A stretch of DNA of 64,000 nucleotides, from assembly GCA_963811165.1 (NCBI GenBank), contig CAWEQH010000008.1, forward strand, positions 96,001 to 160,000. The letters run 5' to 3'. Source of the stretch: an uncultured Nitrospiraceae bacterium (GTDB taxonomy: Bacteria; Nitrospirota; Thermodesulfovibrionia; Thermodesulfovibrionales; UBA6898). A program made the translations under genes and the position numbers. Below the pieces are notes generated by a model. The model did no database searches. It was not told the origin of the DNA and was given only the letters and a program-made list of their open reading frames with translations. Each line of letters opens with the position of its first letter. Within the stretch, counting starts at the first letter, position 1. Of the stretch, positions 54,520 through 64,000 are shown piece by piece.

Positions 54520-57500
54520 AGAATGAACTTAGGCAAAAGATTGTATTATTAGTGTGTTTTGTACTATTACCTGTCTCAGCATCCGCCTACACGCTCAAAT
54601 GGGCACACTTTAATCCTGCTGTGGTACTGCAAAACGCCACTGGCACCGCCGATCTTTTGTGCTATGCGGAAGGCACTTTTACATCAATTATGTTTAAGCC
54701 CAGTTGGAGCGCAAATGAATTGCAGCTTGAAAACAGAGGAGCTGGTATTTATGGAATTACTTTAAATATATCTGACCTTATAAACGGCTTGGCCAGCGAT
54801 GACGTAAATCGCAAATTCGTCGGCTATCTTCAGGTATATAACAATGCGACTTTAGTAGATGGTTCATTTAATATTTTCATCGATGTTTTAACTCCGGATA
54901 TACCTGAAGCGAGTTCTATATTATTAGGTGGTGATGTGCAGGTATCTTTGCACCTTTTTAACATGCTCGGTGCTTATGACACTCCCCTTGATTTGATCAC
55001 TAAGAAATTTTATAGCTATTTCAACGACGATTACGACTTTATTGCAATAATCTATGATGAGAGCAGATTCCTTAACAGAACTTACATGGGTGTTAAAAAT
55101 GATGTGCAAAATATAGGGCCTTACATTTTTGACAACTCGAGTTATTATGGAAGCAGTGGAAAATTGCAGGGTATAATCCAGTTTCCTATTCCAGAATATT
55201 TTGACCTCGCGGAAGAAGGTGCAATACACGAAATCGGACACAGGTGGATAAATTATCTGAACATCACCCCTCTTAGTCTTGGTATCCCTCATTGGCCAGT
55301 ATCAACGCTTGCAAATGATATTATGGGATTCACCATCCCGGGCAGTGGAGGTGTAGGTGGCTCTTTTCCTTATACTATCACTCAAGTTGGTGAGGACCAG
55401 TGGCAATTAGCGTTTGATCTTTCGCTCTATAATAGTCCGGGTACTTTCTCCGATCTTTCTCTATATCTCATGGGACTGATTCCTTCCAATGAGGTAGGTA
55501 ATCATATTGTATTTTTAAATCAGAACCAATCTATCAGCGACGGGGCCATATGGTCCGGTCCGGTAGCAAACATAAATGGAGCTTACATAGTCGGCCAGCT
55601 TGGTGAGCGGGTACCAAATTACTTGAACTCGCAAAAAGGATTCAGGATTGCGACAATACTTCTAACAAAGGACCAACTCGCACCCACTGAAACAATGCGT
55701 CTTTACGACTGGTTCGCAGCTCGATCGGCTTTAACTACTCGAACACCTGTTCATGAAGGTTTGTGGAAAACTACTTCTAATCCCTTTTATCTCGCCACAG
55801 GGGGCCGTGCAACACTGGCGTCAACTTTAATAGCCGGATCCTTTGGTTACTTGGACCATTTTGAAGTTTCGGCTATTTCCTCACCGCAGGCGGTCGGCGT
55901 ACCTTTCAGCGTAACTATCACCAAAAAGGATGCGTTCGGGAACACCCAGACAAGCTGGAATGGCGAAGTCGTTTTGAACTCATACATAGGCAATGTTTCC
56001 CCTATAAGGACTTATCTAACTAACGGCACTGCAACCATTAATGTGACGCTTGACAGCCCTGGATGCAATGTGACACTTCAAGCTTCAGGTGGCGGAAAAT
56101 CTGGCGTCTCTAATTATTTTACCGTCTCTGGTGGAAGCTCCAATGCTTCAATTGGCGGCACGGTAAGAGACGGGTCCGGGGTTAGAAGATCAGGGGCGAA
56201 TGTGAAGCTTACCGGGGACTGCTTGTCAACTGCCCAAACAGTTGTTACAGACAGCAAGGGGGAATACCGGTTTAGCAGTCTTAATCCGGGCGAATATTCT
56301 ATACAGGCTTTTGACGGTCCGGCAGATTGCTCAAGTTGCGGCAAGAGTTCCGTCGTAGTAAAGCCAATATCCGGGAACGTAACACAAGATCTCATTGTTC
56401 CCGGCAGCAGTTGCAACCCGCAGGCGCTGACGCCGATTTTATTGGTGCCAGGCATTATGGGGTCATCCATTGGTGGCGGCTCAGTGTATCCTGTGCTTCC
56501 TAAAACAGCTCCAAAATGGAATGAATTTATTTATTACACGGATTCATGGGGACTTCATGACCCCATGCGATTGGCAGGATGGCGCAATTTGGTCGATGAA
56601 CTCGGTAGTGCCGATTCCGACTATAAGGTGGGATGCACAATCTTCCCTGTCCCTTATGATTGGAGAATGGATCTGGATGATGCAGCCATGGATTATCTGA
56701 AGCCGTGGATTGATGAAGCGAAAAGGCAGGCGGGTACCGCCAAGGTAAACGTAATCGCCCACAGCATGGGAGGGCTCGTAACACGGGCATATATTCAGGT
56801 AATAATTCCGGAGATGCATTTGGCTGTTTGCATGCTCTGCCTTTACACCGTCCATGGAACAGCTCCTCTTTATTATATTGGGAGGGAGGCGACCCTGAGA
56901 CATCTGATACCGTTTCTTTCCTACACTCTACACCTGGCGATGCAATTGCCTCTGCTTTCGCTCATTTCTATCAGAGAACCTCTGAGTTGCTGTACGCGAA
57001 GATGTATAAACTACCGCTGGCCCCGATATTTTCTCTTTACAAAATACAGATGTACGACCTCCTTCATGGTCATGTTCCTTCAGCGAAACAACTCTTGCCT
57101 ACATTTAGTTTCCTTGTACCAAACGGTAAATTGAGCTGCGAAAACAATGACTGGCTGGATAAGCTCAACAGCGCTGGCGGCATAAATAGAATGGGCAAAG
57201 AAAGTGACACCGGAAAGGTCAGAACCAAGATTTTTGCCGGAACAGGCAAGCCGACATTGAATAATATTGCGGTGGGCCTCAAGTGGTGCGGCAGTCCCAT
57301 GTTCTACAAAGACGGCGAGCCGTTGTCCATATTCCTGACAGGGGAAACAAGTTCCAGCGACGGGACGGTACTGACCTCAAGCGCGTCTCTTGGAAGTCTT
57401 GTTGATTCTGCTAGCCCCCAAACCGGTTCACATGCCTCCTTAATCGATATTTACAAACTTGACCTCGTCGAGTACGTAACAGGCATTAGGCCGTTATCCA

Positions 57501-58651
57501 GTTCAGAGACAGCTAAAGTCAGCGCTCAAGCCGCAATTAGCGGGAATGAATTGACTATTGCAGTTAACGGGAGAGCCCAGCTCTATGTTATTGATCCTTC
57601 GAGTAGTAAAAGCGGTATAGACGCGGCAACCAGTCTGCGTGTTGATGAAATACCCGATTCAAAAATAACCGTTGATGTAGAATCCAGCAATATTGCTGTG
57701 CATAATGCAGCAGATGGGACTTACACTGTTTATCTCAAGGGCACGCGTGAGGAAGATTTTGGACTTGTAGTCGGCTATGTAGATAGCGAAAAAACAGTCA
57801 CCAAAGATTATGCTGGCTTTAATCATGCAGACACAACATCCTTCACTTTCACTGTGAACTCTGCCTCAACCGATAAGATCATTATAAACCACAATCCATT
57901 ACCGCCTGCCAACCTTCAGGCCGATGCCTTTAATTCCGCGGGACTCAAGACGAGGCTCACTTGGACTGCGAATACTGAGCCGGACGTGACAGGTTATAAC
58001 ATATATGCGAAGTATACCGACGAACCCTCTCTGGCACAAATAGGCACGGCAACAACAGCAATGTTTGACACGACAGATGAATGGGCGGTGGATTCCTCAG
58101 TCAAAACGAGAATCTATGCCATCTCCGCGGTCAAAGCGGACAACGCTGAGAGCTTCTTTTCAAATATGGCCCAGAACGACGACCGCGATCATGACGGCTT
58201 GACTGATGCACAGGAGACGGCCCTGGGCACGAACCCAGACAATCCGGACTCTGATGGCGATGGCCTGACCGATGGAGAGGAATATATCAGAGGTACGAAC
58301 CCGTTGCTGGCTGATAGCGACGGAGACGGCTATTCGGACCTCTTTGAGATCCAGATGAACGCCGACCCGAATGATCCGAATTCTGTGCCGTCTATAAGAA
58401 TAGCGGGAACGCCACCCGTGTATTACCCTACTCTGCAAGGGGCGGCAGATGCGGTGACAGAGACAAAGAATACCATTGAAATGGTAGGTACAACCTTATT
58501 CGGTGATGTGAACTACGTAAATACCTTTCTGACCAATTTCAATGGCGGCTTCAACACGCAGTATGGCAGCGGGACAGCACTGACGACCATTTACGGGACC
58601 CTGATAATTAGCAATGGTGCGGTGGTAATTGACGGCATTGTGATACAATGA
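54516..58651 (+). CDS. large secreted multidomain protein: HExxH metallopeptidase-like + Ig-like + alpha/beta-hydrolase lipase + FN3 + Ca-binding repeats (frameshift near 56800)
   Basis: signal peptide; HEIGH; LVPGIMGS, YDWR, AHSMGG; DGTV; DxDxDGLTD repeats; two overlapping ORFs 54456-57134 and 56828-58651. Confidence 0.72.
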
Positions 58652-58735
58652 CCCCGACTTTTGGCGATATGTACATTGACAGAAACTCTGTTGGCAATTT
58701 TTGCCGGAGGAGAAACGCTCATCAATTATCTATGC

Positions 58736-59527
58736 CTAGAGGGCGCTCTTTATCACTCCTCCGTCGGCACGCAAGGGTGCGCCCGTAGTCGCAGATGAGA
58801 GCGGGCTGGCGATATAGGTTACCAAAGTAGCGACTTCTTCGGGCAAGGCAAACCGTTTGATGAGCGACGTTGGCCGGACCGTCTGAAAAAATTCCTTTTC
58901 GAACTCCTCGAAAGACCTACCTTCCTTTTTCGAAAATGCCTCGATAAAATCACCCACCCCTCGAGACTTGGTGGGCCCCGGAAGAACGCTATTTACTGTG
59001 ATGCCGGTACCGGCCACCGCCTCGGCCAACCCACGAGCGAGCCCAAGCACTGCCGTCTTCGTTACGCCGTAATGAATCATTTCTGCCGGGATTTGAACTC
59101 CGCTTTCACTCGACACGAAGATGACGCGACCCCAGTTGCGTTGTTTCATGCCAGGAAGGAAAAGCCGCGAGAGGCGCACCCCGCTCAACACATTGACCTC
59201 AAAGAAACGCCGCCAGTCGGCGTCCGAGATGTCCTCAAAGGGCATTAGCTCGTAAATGCCAAGATTGTTGACAAGGATTTCAACGTCGGGATACTCCTGG
59301 GCAACTTTCTCGGCCGCTTCGGCGGTACTCAGATCACCGGCGAACCCATACACGGTGACGGGGAGGGTTTCCCGAAGTTTCTTCAGGGCGGCCTCTACCG
59401 ATGCCTGTGAACGGCCGTTGACTATAACGCGAGCGCCTTCACGGGCCAGTGATTCTGCTATGGCGTAACCAATCCCTGCGGTGCTGCCGGAGACGAGAGC
59501 AAGTTTGCCGTTTAGTTTGAGATCCAT
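58736..59527 (-). CDS. short-chain dehydrogenase/reductase
   Basis: GSTAGIG, NNLG, YGVTK, PGPT. Confidence 0.93.
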   Translation of the reverse strand: MDLKLNGKLALVSGSTAGIGYAIAESLAREGARVIVNGRSQASVEAALKKLRETLPVTVYGFAGDLSTAEAAEKVAQEYPDVEILVNNLGIYELMPFEDISDADWRRFFEVNVLSGVRLSRLFLPGMKQRNWGRVIFVSSESGVQIPAEMIHYGVTKTAVLGLARGLAEAVAGTGITVNSVLPGPTKSRGVGDFIEAFSKKEGRSFEEFEKEFFQTVRPTSLIKRFALPEEVATLVTYIASPLSSATTGAPLRADGGVIKSAL

Positions 59528-59685
59528 CGTCTTCTCCCATAGCTGCCTATATCAGACATTAACGCATACCCGCCTATGCTCCCCTTGGTACGATTATATC
59601 GCTCTCTCGGGTATGAGGCAACTCGTTGATAGTGGTATTATCCCACCGCTCAGCCCTGCATAAAAAGACCTGTGGCACTAGAAGG

Positions 59686-60345
59686 TCACCTCGTACTGAT
59701 GGGCAGACGCTCCTTGAAGACGTTCCCGACCGTCATTCCGATTGCAGTTCCTATGATGGCTCCGGCAATAAAATCTGAAAACCAGTGGATCGTCATTGAA
59801 ACGCCTATGCCTATGTAAAGAGCATAGAGCAGAGCACCGCACCGCACCACTTTGTTTGTCGGATATAGCGTCCATATAGCTGCCGACATCGCGAATGCGA
59901 CGGTGGTATGAGAAGACGGCCAGCCGAAAAAGACCCCTCCTTTTAAAAATCCGAAATGAAACTCCCGGCTGGTATCAATCAGCGTGAGGACGGAGTGTCT
60001 CAGCCCTGGCCTTCCTGTGAATGCTTTGTAGGACGAAGATATGAGAAGGCCGATGACGGCTGCCTGCGCTGTCGAATAGGCGCTGCAGATTGCGCGCAGA
60101 TCTTTACGGACGGAACCGAATATATACGAGGCGATCGGAAATACTACCGGTACGCGCCAACCCAATATGACAGCCGGGAAGAGATAGGCGGCAAAAGGCC
60201 TGGTCGCTTTGAAATACATCCAATCAAAGCCGGAACCGACGATTAACAACGTGGCGACGATCGCCAAAAGATGCCATAGCAGGTTACGCCCCCAAAAGGA
60301 CCGGACAATATTGCCCGGCAGTGTGTAGAAGAAATCTCGCATCAT
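59686..60345 (-). CDS. PAP2 family membrane phosphatase
   Basis: KAFTGRP, PSSH, HWFSD; start uncertain. Confidence 0.85.
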   Translation of the reverse strand: MMRDFFYTLPGNIVRSFWGRNLLWHLLAIVATLLIVGSGFDWMYFKATRPFAAYLFPAVILGWRVPVVFPIASYIFGSVRKDLRAICSAYSTAQAAVIGLLISSSYKAFTGRPGLRHSVLTLIDTSREFHFGFLKGGVFFGWPSSHTTVAFAMSAAIWTLYPTNKVVRCGALLYALYIGIGVSMTIHWFSDFIAGAIIGTAIGMTVGNVFKERLPISTR

Positions 60346-60692
60346 AGCGGTATAGGACAGGCCTATTCCCGATCCCCCAGGGCATGCCCGCTTTATTTTC
60401 TTCTCTTTGCGATAAGATTTATTATCATCATAAATATTCTTCTGCAAAAACCTTTTTCTCGTGGTGCATACAAAGAAGGGTATATGGTAAGCTTTCCGTC
60501 TTTGTCACGTTCATAATTTCTGTATGTCATGACTAAATTATATCAGATGGCAAAGGCAGAATTATTTGTGATCAGTGTGACAGATGCCACTGCCCCCCTT
60601 TTGTATTCACTCGGGAGGGTCAGCAGTGAATACTCTTTATGTGTAAGCGTGATGCGGGGTCTGATATACTATGAGAAATTGAAGCGTGCGAC

Positions 60693-61133
60693 ATGAATTC
60701 TGATGATCCATATGATCTGAATCGGTTTCTGAGCGCTCAGGAAGGGGTATATGAAAGAGCGCTCGCAGAGCTTAAGGGTGGGCAGAAGCGGACTCACTGG
60801 ATGTGGTATATATTTCCTCAGATCGAAGGACTGGGGTACAGTCCGGCGGCGAAGCGCTACTCCATCAAGAGCATAGAAGAGGCCCGGCAGTACCTTGACC
60901 ATCCTGTTCTCGGAAAAAGGCTGTGGGAATGCACGGAAGCGGTGATTGCGCTTAAGGGCGGATCGCTTTCGGAAATCTTTGGTTATCCTGACGATCTGAA
61001 GTTTAAGTCATCGATGACGCTGTTTGAGAAGATAGCAGGCCCGGGTTCTGTGTTCTCGTCCGCCCTTGATAGGTACTGCCATGGAGAACGGGATGCCGCG
61101 ACGCTCAGACTGTTAACAGTCCTCCGACCGTGA
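60693..61133 (+). CDS. DUF1810 family protein
   Basis: DLNRFLSAQ, KRTHWMWYIFPQ, PDDLKFKSSMTLF. Confidence 0.88.
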   Translation: MNSDDPYDLNRFLSAQEGVYERALAELKGGQKRTHWMWYIFPQIEGLGYSPAAKRYSIKSIEEARQYLDHPVLGKRLWECTEAVIALKGGSLSEIFGYPDDLKFKSSMTLFEKIAGPGSVFSSALDRYCHGERDAATLRLLTVLRP

Positions 61134-61196
61134 CTTAAGCTCTTTATTGAGAGGTATTCCAAGGAACTGGACAACCGCCAGCCCAATGGGGAGTGC

Positions 61197-61258
61197 CTCA
61201 TGCCTTCTCCTTCACAATTCTTTCATAATATTTTCAAAACTTCTTCAAAAGTCTTTGC
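61197..61258 (+). repeat. copy 2 of ~62-bp direct repeat, with 11-bp periodic TTCAnAA boxes
   Basis: TTCACAAttct-TTCATAAtatt-TTCAAAActtc-TTCAAAAgtct. Confidence 0.85.
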
Positions 61259-61305
61259 TAATTTTGTAATGATCTTGAACGAAAGTCTTAATAAAGGAGA
61301 AAATC

Positions 61306-61566
61306 ATGAGCTGCCCATATTTCAAAGAAAGCTGCTTTGGTATCTGCATTGCTCCGGACGCTATTCACGTTCCCAGTATCGATGAGATGGAGAGATTTTG
61401 CTTCAGGTCATGGTACAGTAACTGTCCGAATATCGCATTCCCCAAGGACGCTAAGGACAGAGAAGAATCCTGCACTAATAATGGTCCCTACAAATTGACC
61501 CCTGAACAACCCACCGGGCCTATGTGTGCAGCCGGAAGAGATAGAGACACCAGCCGATCTCATTAG
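61306..61566 (+). CDS. small Cys-rich hypothetical protein
   Basis: AAGGAG RBS; MSCPYF...C...C...VPS..E...FC....Y..CP. Confidence 0.65.
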   Translation: MSCPYFKESCFGICIAPDAIHVPSIDEMERFCFRSWYSNCPNIAFPKDAKDREESCTNNGPYKLTPEQPTGPMCAAGRDRDTSRSH

Positions 61567-61686
61567 TAGGAGAGAAATTATTCCGTTGCTCGCACAAGCA
61601 AGGAAGCCGCTTTCATCATCGTATTCATCACGTAGGCCCCGCATCTTGGGGAAGCGACTTTGGCCCTGTACCTGTGCGATTGTTTT

Positions 61687-61731
61687 TTGACATCGGCCGC
61701 AATTATCAGTATAATCAGCATAGTCTGATAA
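61687..61731 (+). promoter_or_regulatory. consensus sigma70 promoter with overlapping operator-like repeats for hgcCAB
   Basis: TTGACA(61687)-N17-TATAAT(61710); TTATCAG-N15-CTGATAA. Confidence 0.8.
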
Positions 61732-61761
61732 GTAAGTGCCCGGCCAGGGCAGGGAGATTGG

Positions 61762-62040
61762 ATGAGGAAGAAAAAAGAAGTGGACCTGACCTGCGGCGTC
61801 GCCGCCGGTGAAAAAAATGCCCGCTGTAAGGTTGAATCCATAATAAGTGTCGACGAGAGGGGACAGATGGTGCTGCCGAAGGAACTGCGCGACAAGGCGA
61901 AGATCGGCGCGGGGGACAAGCTGGCGGTCACCAGCTGGGAGAAAGGCGGGGAGGTCTGCTGCATCACCCTCATAAAGGTTGAAGACCTTGTGGAACTGGT
62001 GAAGGGCCAGCTGGGGCCTATCATGAAAGAAATATTATGA
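61762..62040 (+). CDS. hgcC: HgcAB-associated AbrB/MazE-fold protein
   Basis: CKVESIISVDERGQMVLPKELR..GDKLA..EVCC; overlaps hgcA start. Confidence 0.8.
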   Translation: MRKKKEVDLTCGVAAGEKNARCKVESIISVDERGQMVLPKELRDKAKIGAGDKLAVTSWEKGGEVCCITLIKVEDLVELVKGQLGPIMKEIL

Positions 62041-63170
62041 GCTTATCTCAACTGAAATTTATCGATAAGACCTCCGGCAACAAGGGTAGCTTCATCCCAG
62101 TGGGAGCGGGGCCTCAGATCCGGCCGGCATGGGTCACGGGCATTATCAAGGCCGGTCCCGGCGTGGCCTACCGGGTGTCCACTGATATTACAGGGACGGA
62201 TCTTTGGGGGCATTTTAAGTGCAGGGTTAGTGCCTTCAGGAATAACTATACGGTCAGGCCCGGCCTGTATGCTGCCGGAAATCCTGACAGCAACTCGGAT
62301 GTCCTCATAAGCGCCAATTATAAGCTCAGTTTCGATCACCTGAGACGTGAACTAAAGGGTCTTCATGTCTGGATCATCGTCCTTGATACCAGGGGTATAA
62401 ACGTCTGGTGCGCGGCCGGTAAGGGGACCTTCGGGACGGACGAACTCATAAAACAGATCAATGCGGCAAAATTGGATGGGGTGGTAGATCACAAGAGGAT
62501 CATCGTTCCCCAGCTTGGGGCGCCTGGGGTCAGTGCCCATAAAGTGAGAAAGGCGACGGGATTCAGGGTCCATTACGGCCCCGTGTATGCCCGGGATGTA
62601 CGGGAGTTCATTGATGCCGGATATGAGGCTACCCCGGCGATGAGGACGGTAACGTTCAACGTTTTCGACAGGTTCGTGCTGACACCGATGGAAATAAATC
62701 CTGCCATGAAGAAGTATTATCCCTGGTACGCGCTTCTTATCCTTGGTATCTTCGGTCTTCGGCCCGCGGGGATCATTTTTGGGGACGCGTGGTCCGGCGG
62801 CTTGCCGTTTCTGATTCTGGGGCTCATCTCTCTTCTTGCCGGGGCATTTTTGACGCCGCTGGCGCTCCCCCTCATACCGTTTAGGTCTTTTGCGGTCAAA
62901 GGCTGGATCGCCGGCATGGTGTCCGTGATCCTCTCATCGCGGTACTCCTTCTTCGGTCACTCCAGCGTCCCACTTCGCTTCTTTACTTATCTTTTTTTCC
63001 CGCTGGCGAGCTCTTACGTAGCTCTGCAGTTTACGGGTTCCACCACGTTTACCGGCATGTCGGGCGTCAAGAAGGAACTAAGGATATCCATTCCCATTTA
63101 TATCGCTGGCGTTCTTATTTCACTGGCGCTCCTTGCGGTATATAAACTCGGAACGTGGAGGACTGTATGA
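62037..63170 (+). CDS. hgcA: mercury methylation corrinoid protein HgcA
   Basis: cap-helix NVWCAAGKG, ANYKLSFD, PQLGAPGV, C-terminal TM helices with FTGSTTFT. Confidence 0.96.
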   Translation: MSLSQLKFIDKTSGNKGSFIPVGAGPQIRPAWVTGIIKAGPGVAYRVSTDITGTDLWGHFKCRVSAFRNNYTVRPGLYAAGNPDSNSDVLISANYKLSFDHLRRELKGLHVWIIVLDTRGINVWCAAGKGTFGTDELIKQINAAKLDGVVDHKRIIVPQLGAPGVSAHKVRKATGFRVHYGPVYARDVREFIDAGYEATPAMRTVTFNVFDRFVLTPMEINPAMKKYYPWYALLILGIFGLRPAGIIFGDAWSGGLPFLILGLISLLAGAFLTPLALPLIPFRSFAVKGWIAGMVSVILSSRYSFFGHSSVPLRFFTYLFFPLASSYVALQFTGSTTFTGMSGVKKELRISIPIYIAGVLISLALLAVYKLGTWRTV

Positions 63171-63460
63171 AATATCTCGCCGACGCGGTAACACTTGAAC
63201 TGATCTCGGAGAGGTGTACGGGCTGTGGCACATGCCTCGACGTCTGTCCGCACAGGGTATTTACACTCGAAAATAGGAAGGCGGTCATTGCCGACAGGGA
63301 CAGATGCATGGAGTGCGGGGCCTGTGTGATGAACTGCCCGTTCGGGGCGCTATCGGTGGATAAGGGCGTCGGCTGTGCCGCCGCACTGATCAACAGCATG
63401 ATTACCGGAGGCGAGCCGACCTGCGGCTGCAGCGACAACAAAGACGGCGGATGCTGCTAA
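63167..63460 (+). CDS. hgcB: mercury methylation ferredoxin HgcB
   Basis: two CxxCxxCxxxCP motifs incl. CMECGAC, GVGCA, terminal CC. Confidence 0.96.
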   Translation: MKYLADAVTLELISERCTGCGTCLDVCPHRVFTLENRKAVIADRDRCMECGACVMNCPFGALSVDKGVGCAAALINSMITGGEPTCGCSDNKDGGCC

Positions 63461-63469
63461 GGGAACCAT

Positions 63470-64000
63470 ATGAGCCCCGGAAATAATCAAATGGAAATTA
63501 TATTTTCCCGGACTTTCAAGAACAGCGCGACATTTTATAAATGGGCATCTGCCCTTGCGCTCATAACCATTTTCTATAATTTGCTGGAAGGCTCTGTTTC
63601 AGTCTTCTTCGGGCTTGAGGATGGAACCATAGCCCTGTTCGGTTTTGGTCTTGATTCATTCGTCGAGGTCATATCGGGCATAGGGATTTGGCATATGATA
63701 AAACGCATGAAGCAGCACGACGTCGGCAATCACGACCAGTTCGAACGGCGGGCACTCCGGATTACCGGAGGGGCCTTCTATCTTCTTACGGCCGGCCTGA
63801 TAATCACTTCTGCGATGAACGTTATGAAAGGTACCAAGCCGGAAACGACCTTCTGGGGAATTGTGGTATCGGTTGTTTCGATCTTATCCATGTGGTCGCT
63901 TATTCATTATAAGGTCAAGATAGGCAGACAGTACAATTCTCAGGCCCTGCTGGCCGATGCTCAATGCTCAAAGGCATGCATGTATCTTTCCGTAGTGCTT
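63470..64000 (+). CDS. cation diffusion facilitator-type transporter, runs off right edge (not in ORF track)
   Basis: hand translation open to window end: YNLLEG, ALFGFGLDSFVE, ALLADAQCSKAC. Confidence 0.8.
   Translation, partial: MSPGNNQMEIIFSRTFKNSATFYKWASALALITIFYNLLEGSVSVFFGLEDGTIALFGFGLDSFVEVISGIGIWHMIKRMKQHDVGNHDQFERRALRITGGAFYLLTAGLIITSAMNVMKGTKPETTFWGIVVSVVSILSMWSLIHYKVKIGRQYNSQALLADAQCSKACMYLSVVL

Noticed and set aside
58180..58380. Possible CRISPR or DNA repeat array
   Set aside because: These are protein-level DxDxDG calcium-binding repeats. No repeat-spacer array or cas gene was seen anywhere in the window.
54232..58651. Diversity-generating retroelement suggested by the DUF1566 fragment
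   Set aside because: No reverse transcriptase and no template/variable repeat pair seen in the window.
52810..61258. Intact prophage or integrative element at tRNA-Ser
   Set aside because: No integrase or phage genes, and the tRNA 3' duplicate lies only 25 nt from the tRNA rather than flanking the accessory genes.
62037..62140. Selenocysteine-containing N-terminal extension of HgcA, as reported for some homologues
   Set aside because: The N-terminal extension here is open and has no in-frame TGA or Cys-Sec pair.

Overview
Bacterial chromosome segment, probably from a long-read metagenome assembly. Gene content suggests an anaerobe such as Nitrospirota/Thermodesulfovibrionia (inference only). 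Layout: icd, an HD hydrolase plus GHKL/MORC-type ATPase pair and a purH-like gene (0-5 kb); the str-S10-spc-alpha ribosomal superoperon (5.2-24 kb), where ten essential genes carry indels that are almost certainly sequence errors; YeeE/YedE pair, smc, glcD-like oxidase, tlpA and lipid-related genes (24.6-39 kb); a long minus-strand run tol-pal/moaAC/cytochrome c biogenesis/oppDF/mlaEFD (39-52.6 kb); tRNA-Ser; an ~8 kb accessory region (TA genes, a large secreted protease-lipase, SDR, PAP2, DUF1810); and a mercury-methylation cluster hgcC-hgcA-hgcB followed by a CDF-type transporter (61.7-64 kb). Most notable unannotated signals: (1) a 46-codon membrane micro-ORF coupled to rplQ with an in-frame UGA followed by an fdhF-like SECIS, i.e. 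a candidate selenoprotein ending the ribosomal operon; (2) a partial tRNA-Ser duplicate with two 29-nt covarying double-hairpin insertions in the anticodon and T loops; (3) a ~195-nt GGA-rich ncRNA with its own promoter and terminator; (4) a consensus promoter with an overlapping operator-like repeat in front of hgcCAB. All alignments and counts were done by eye; no searches were run.
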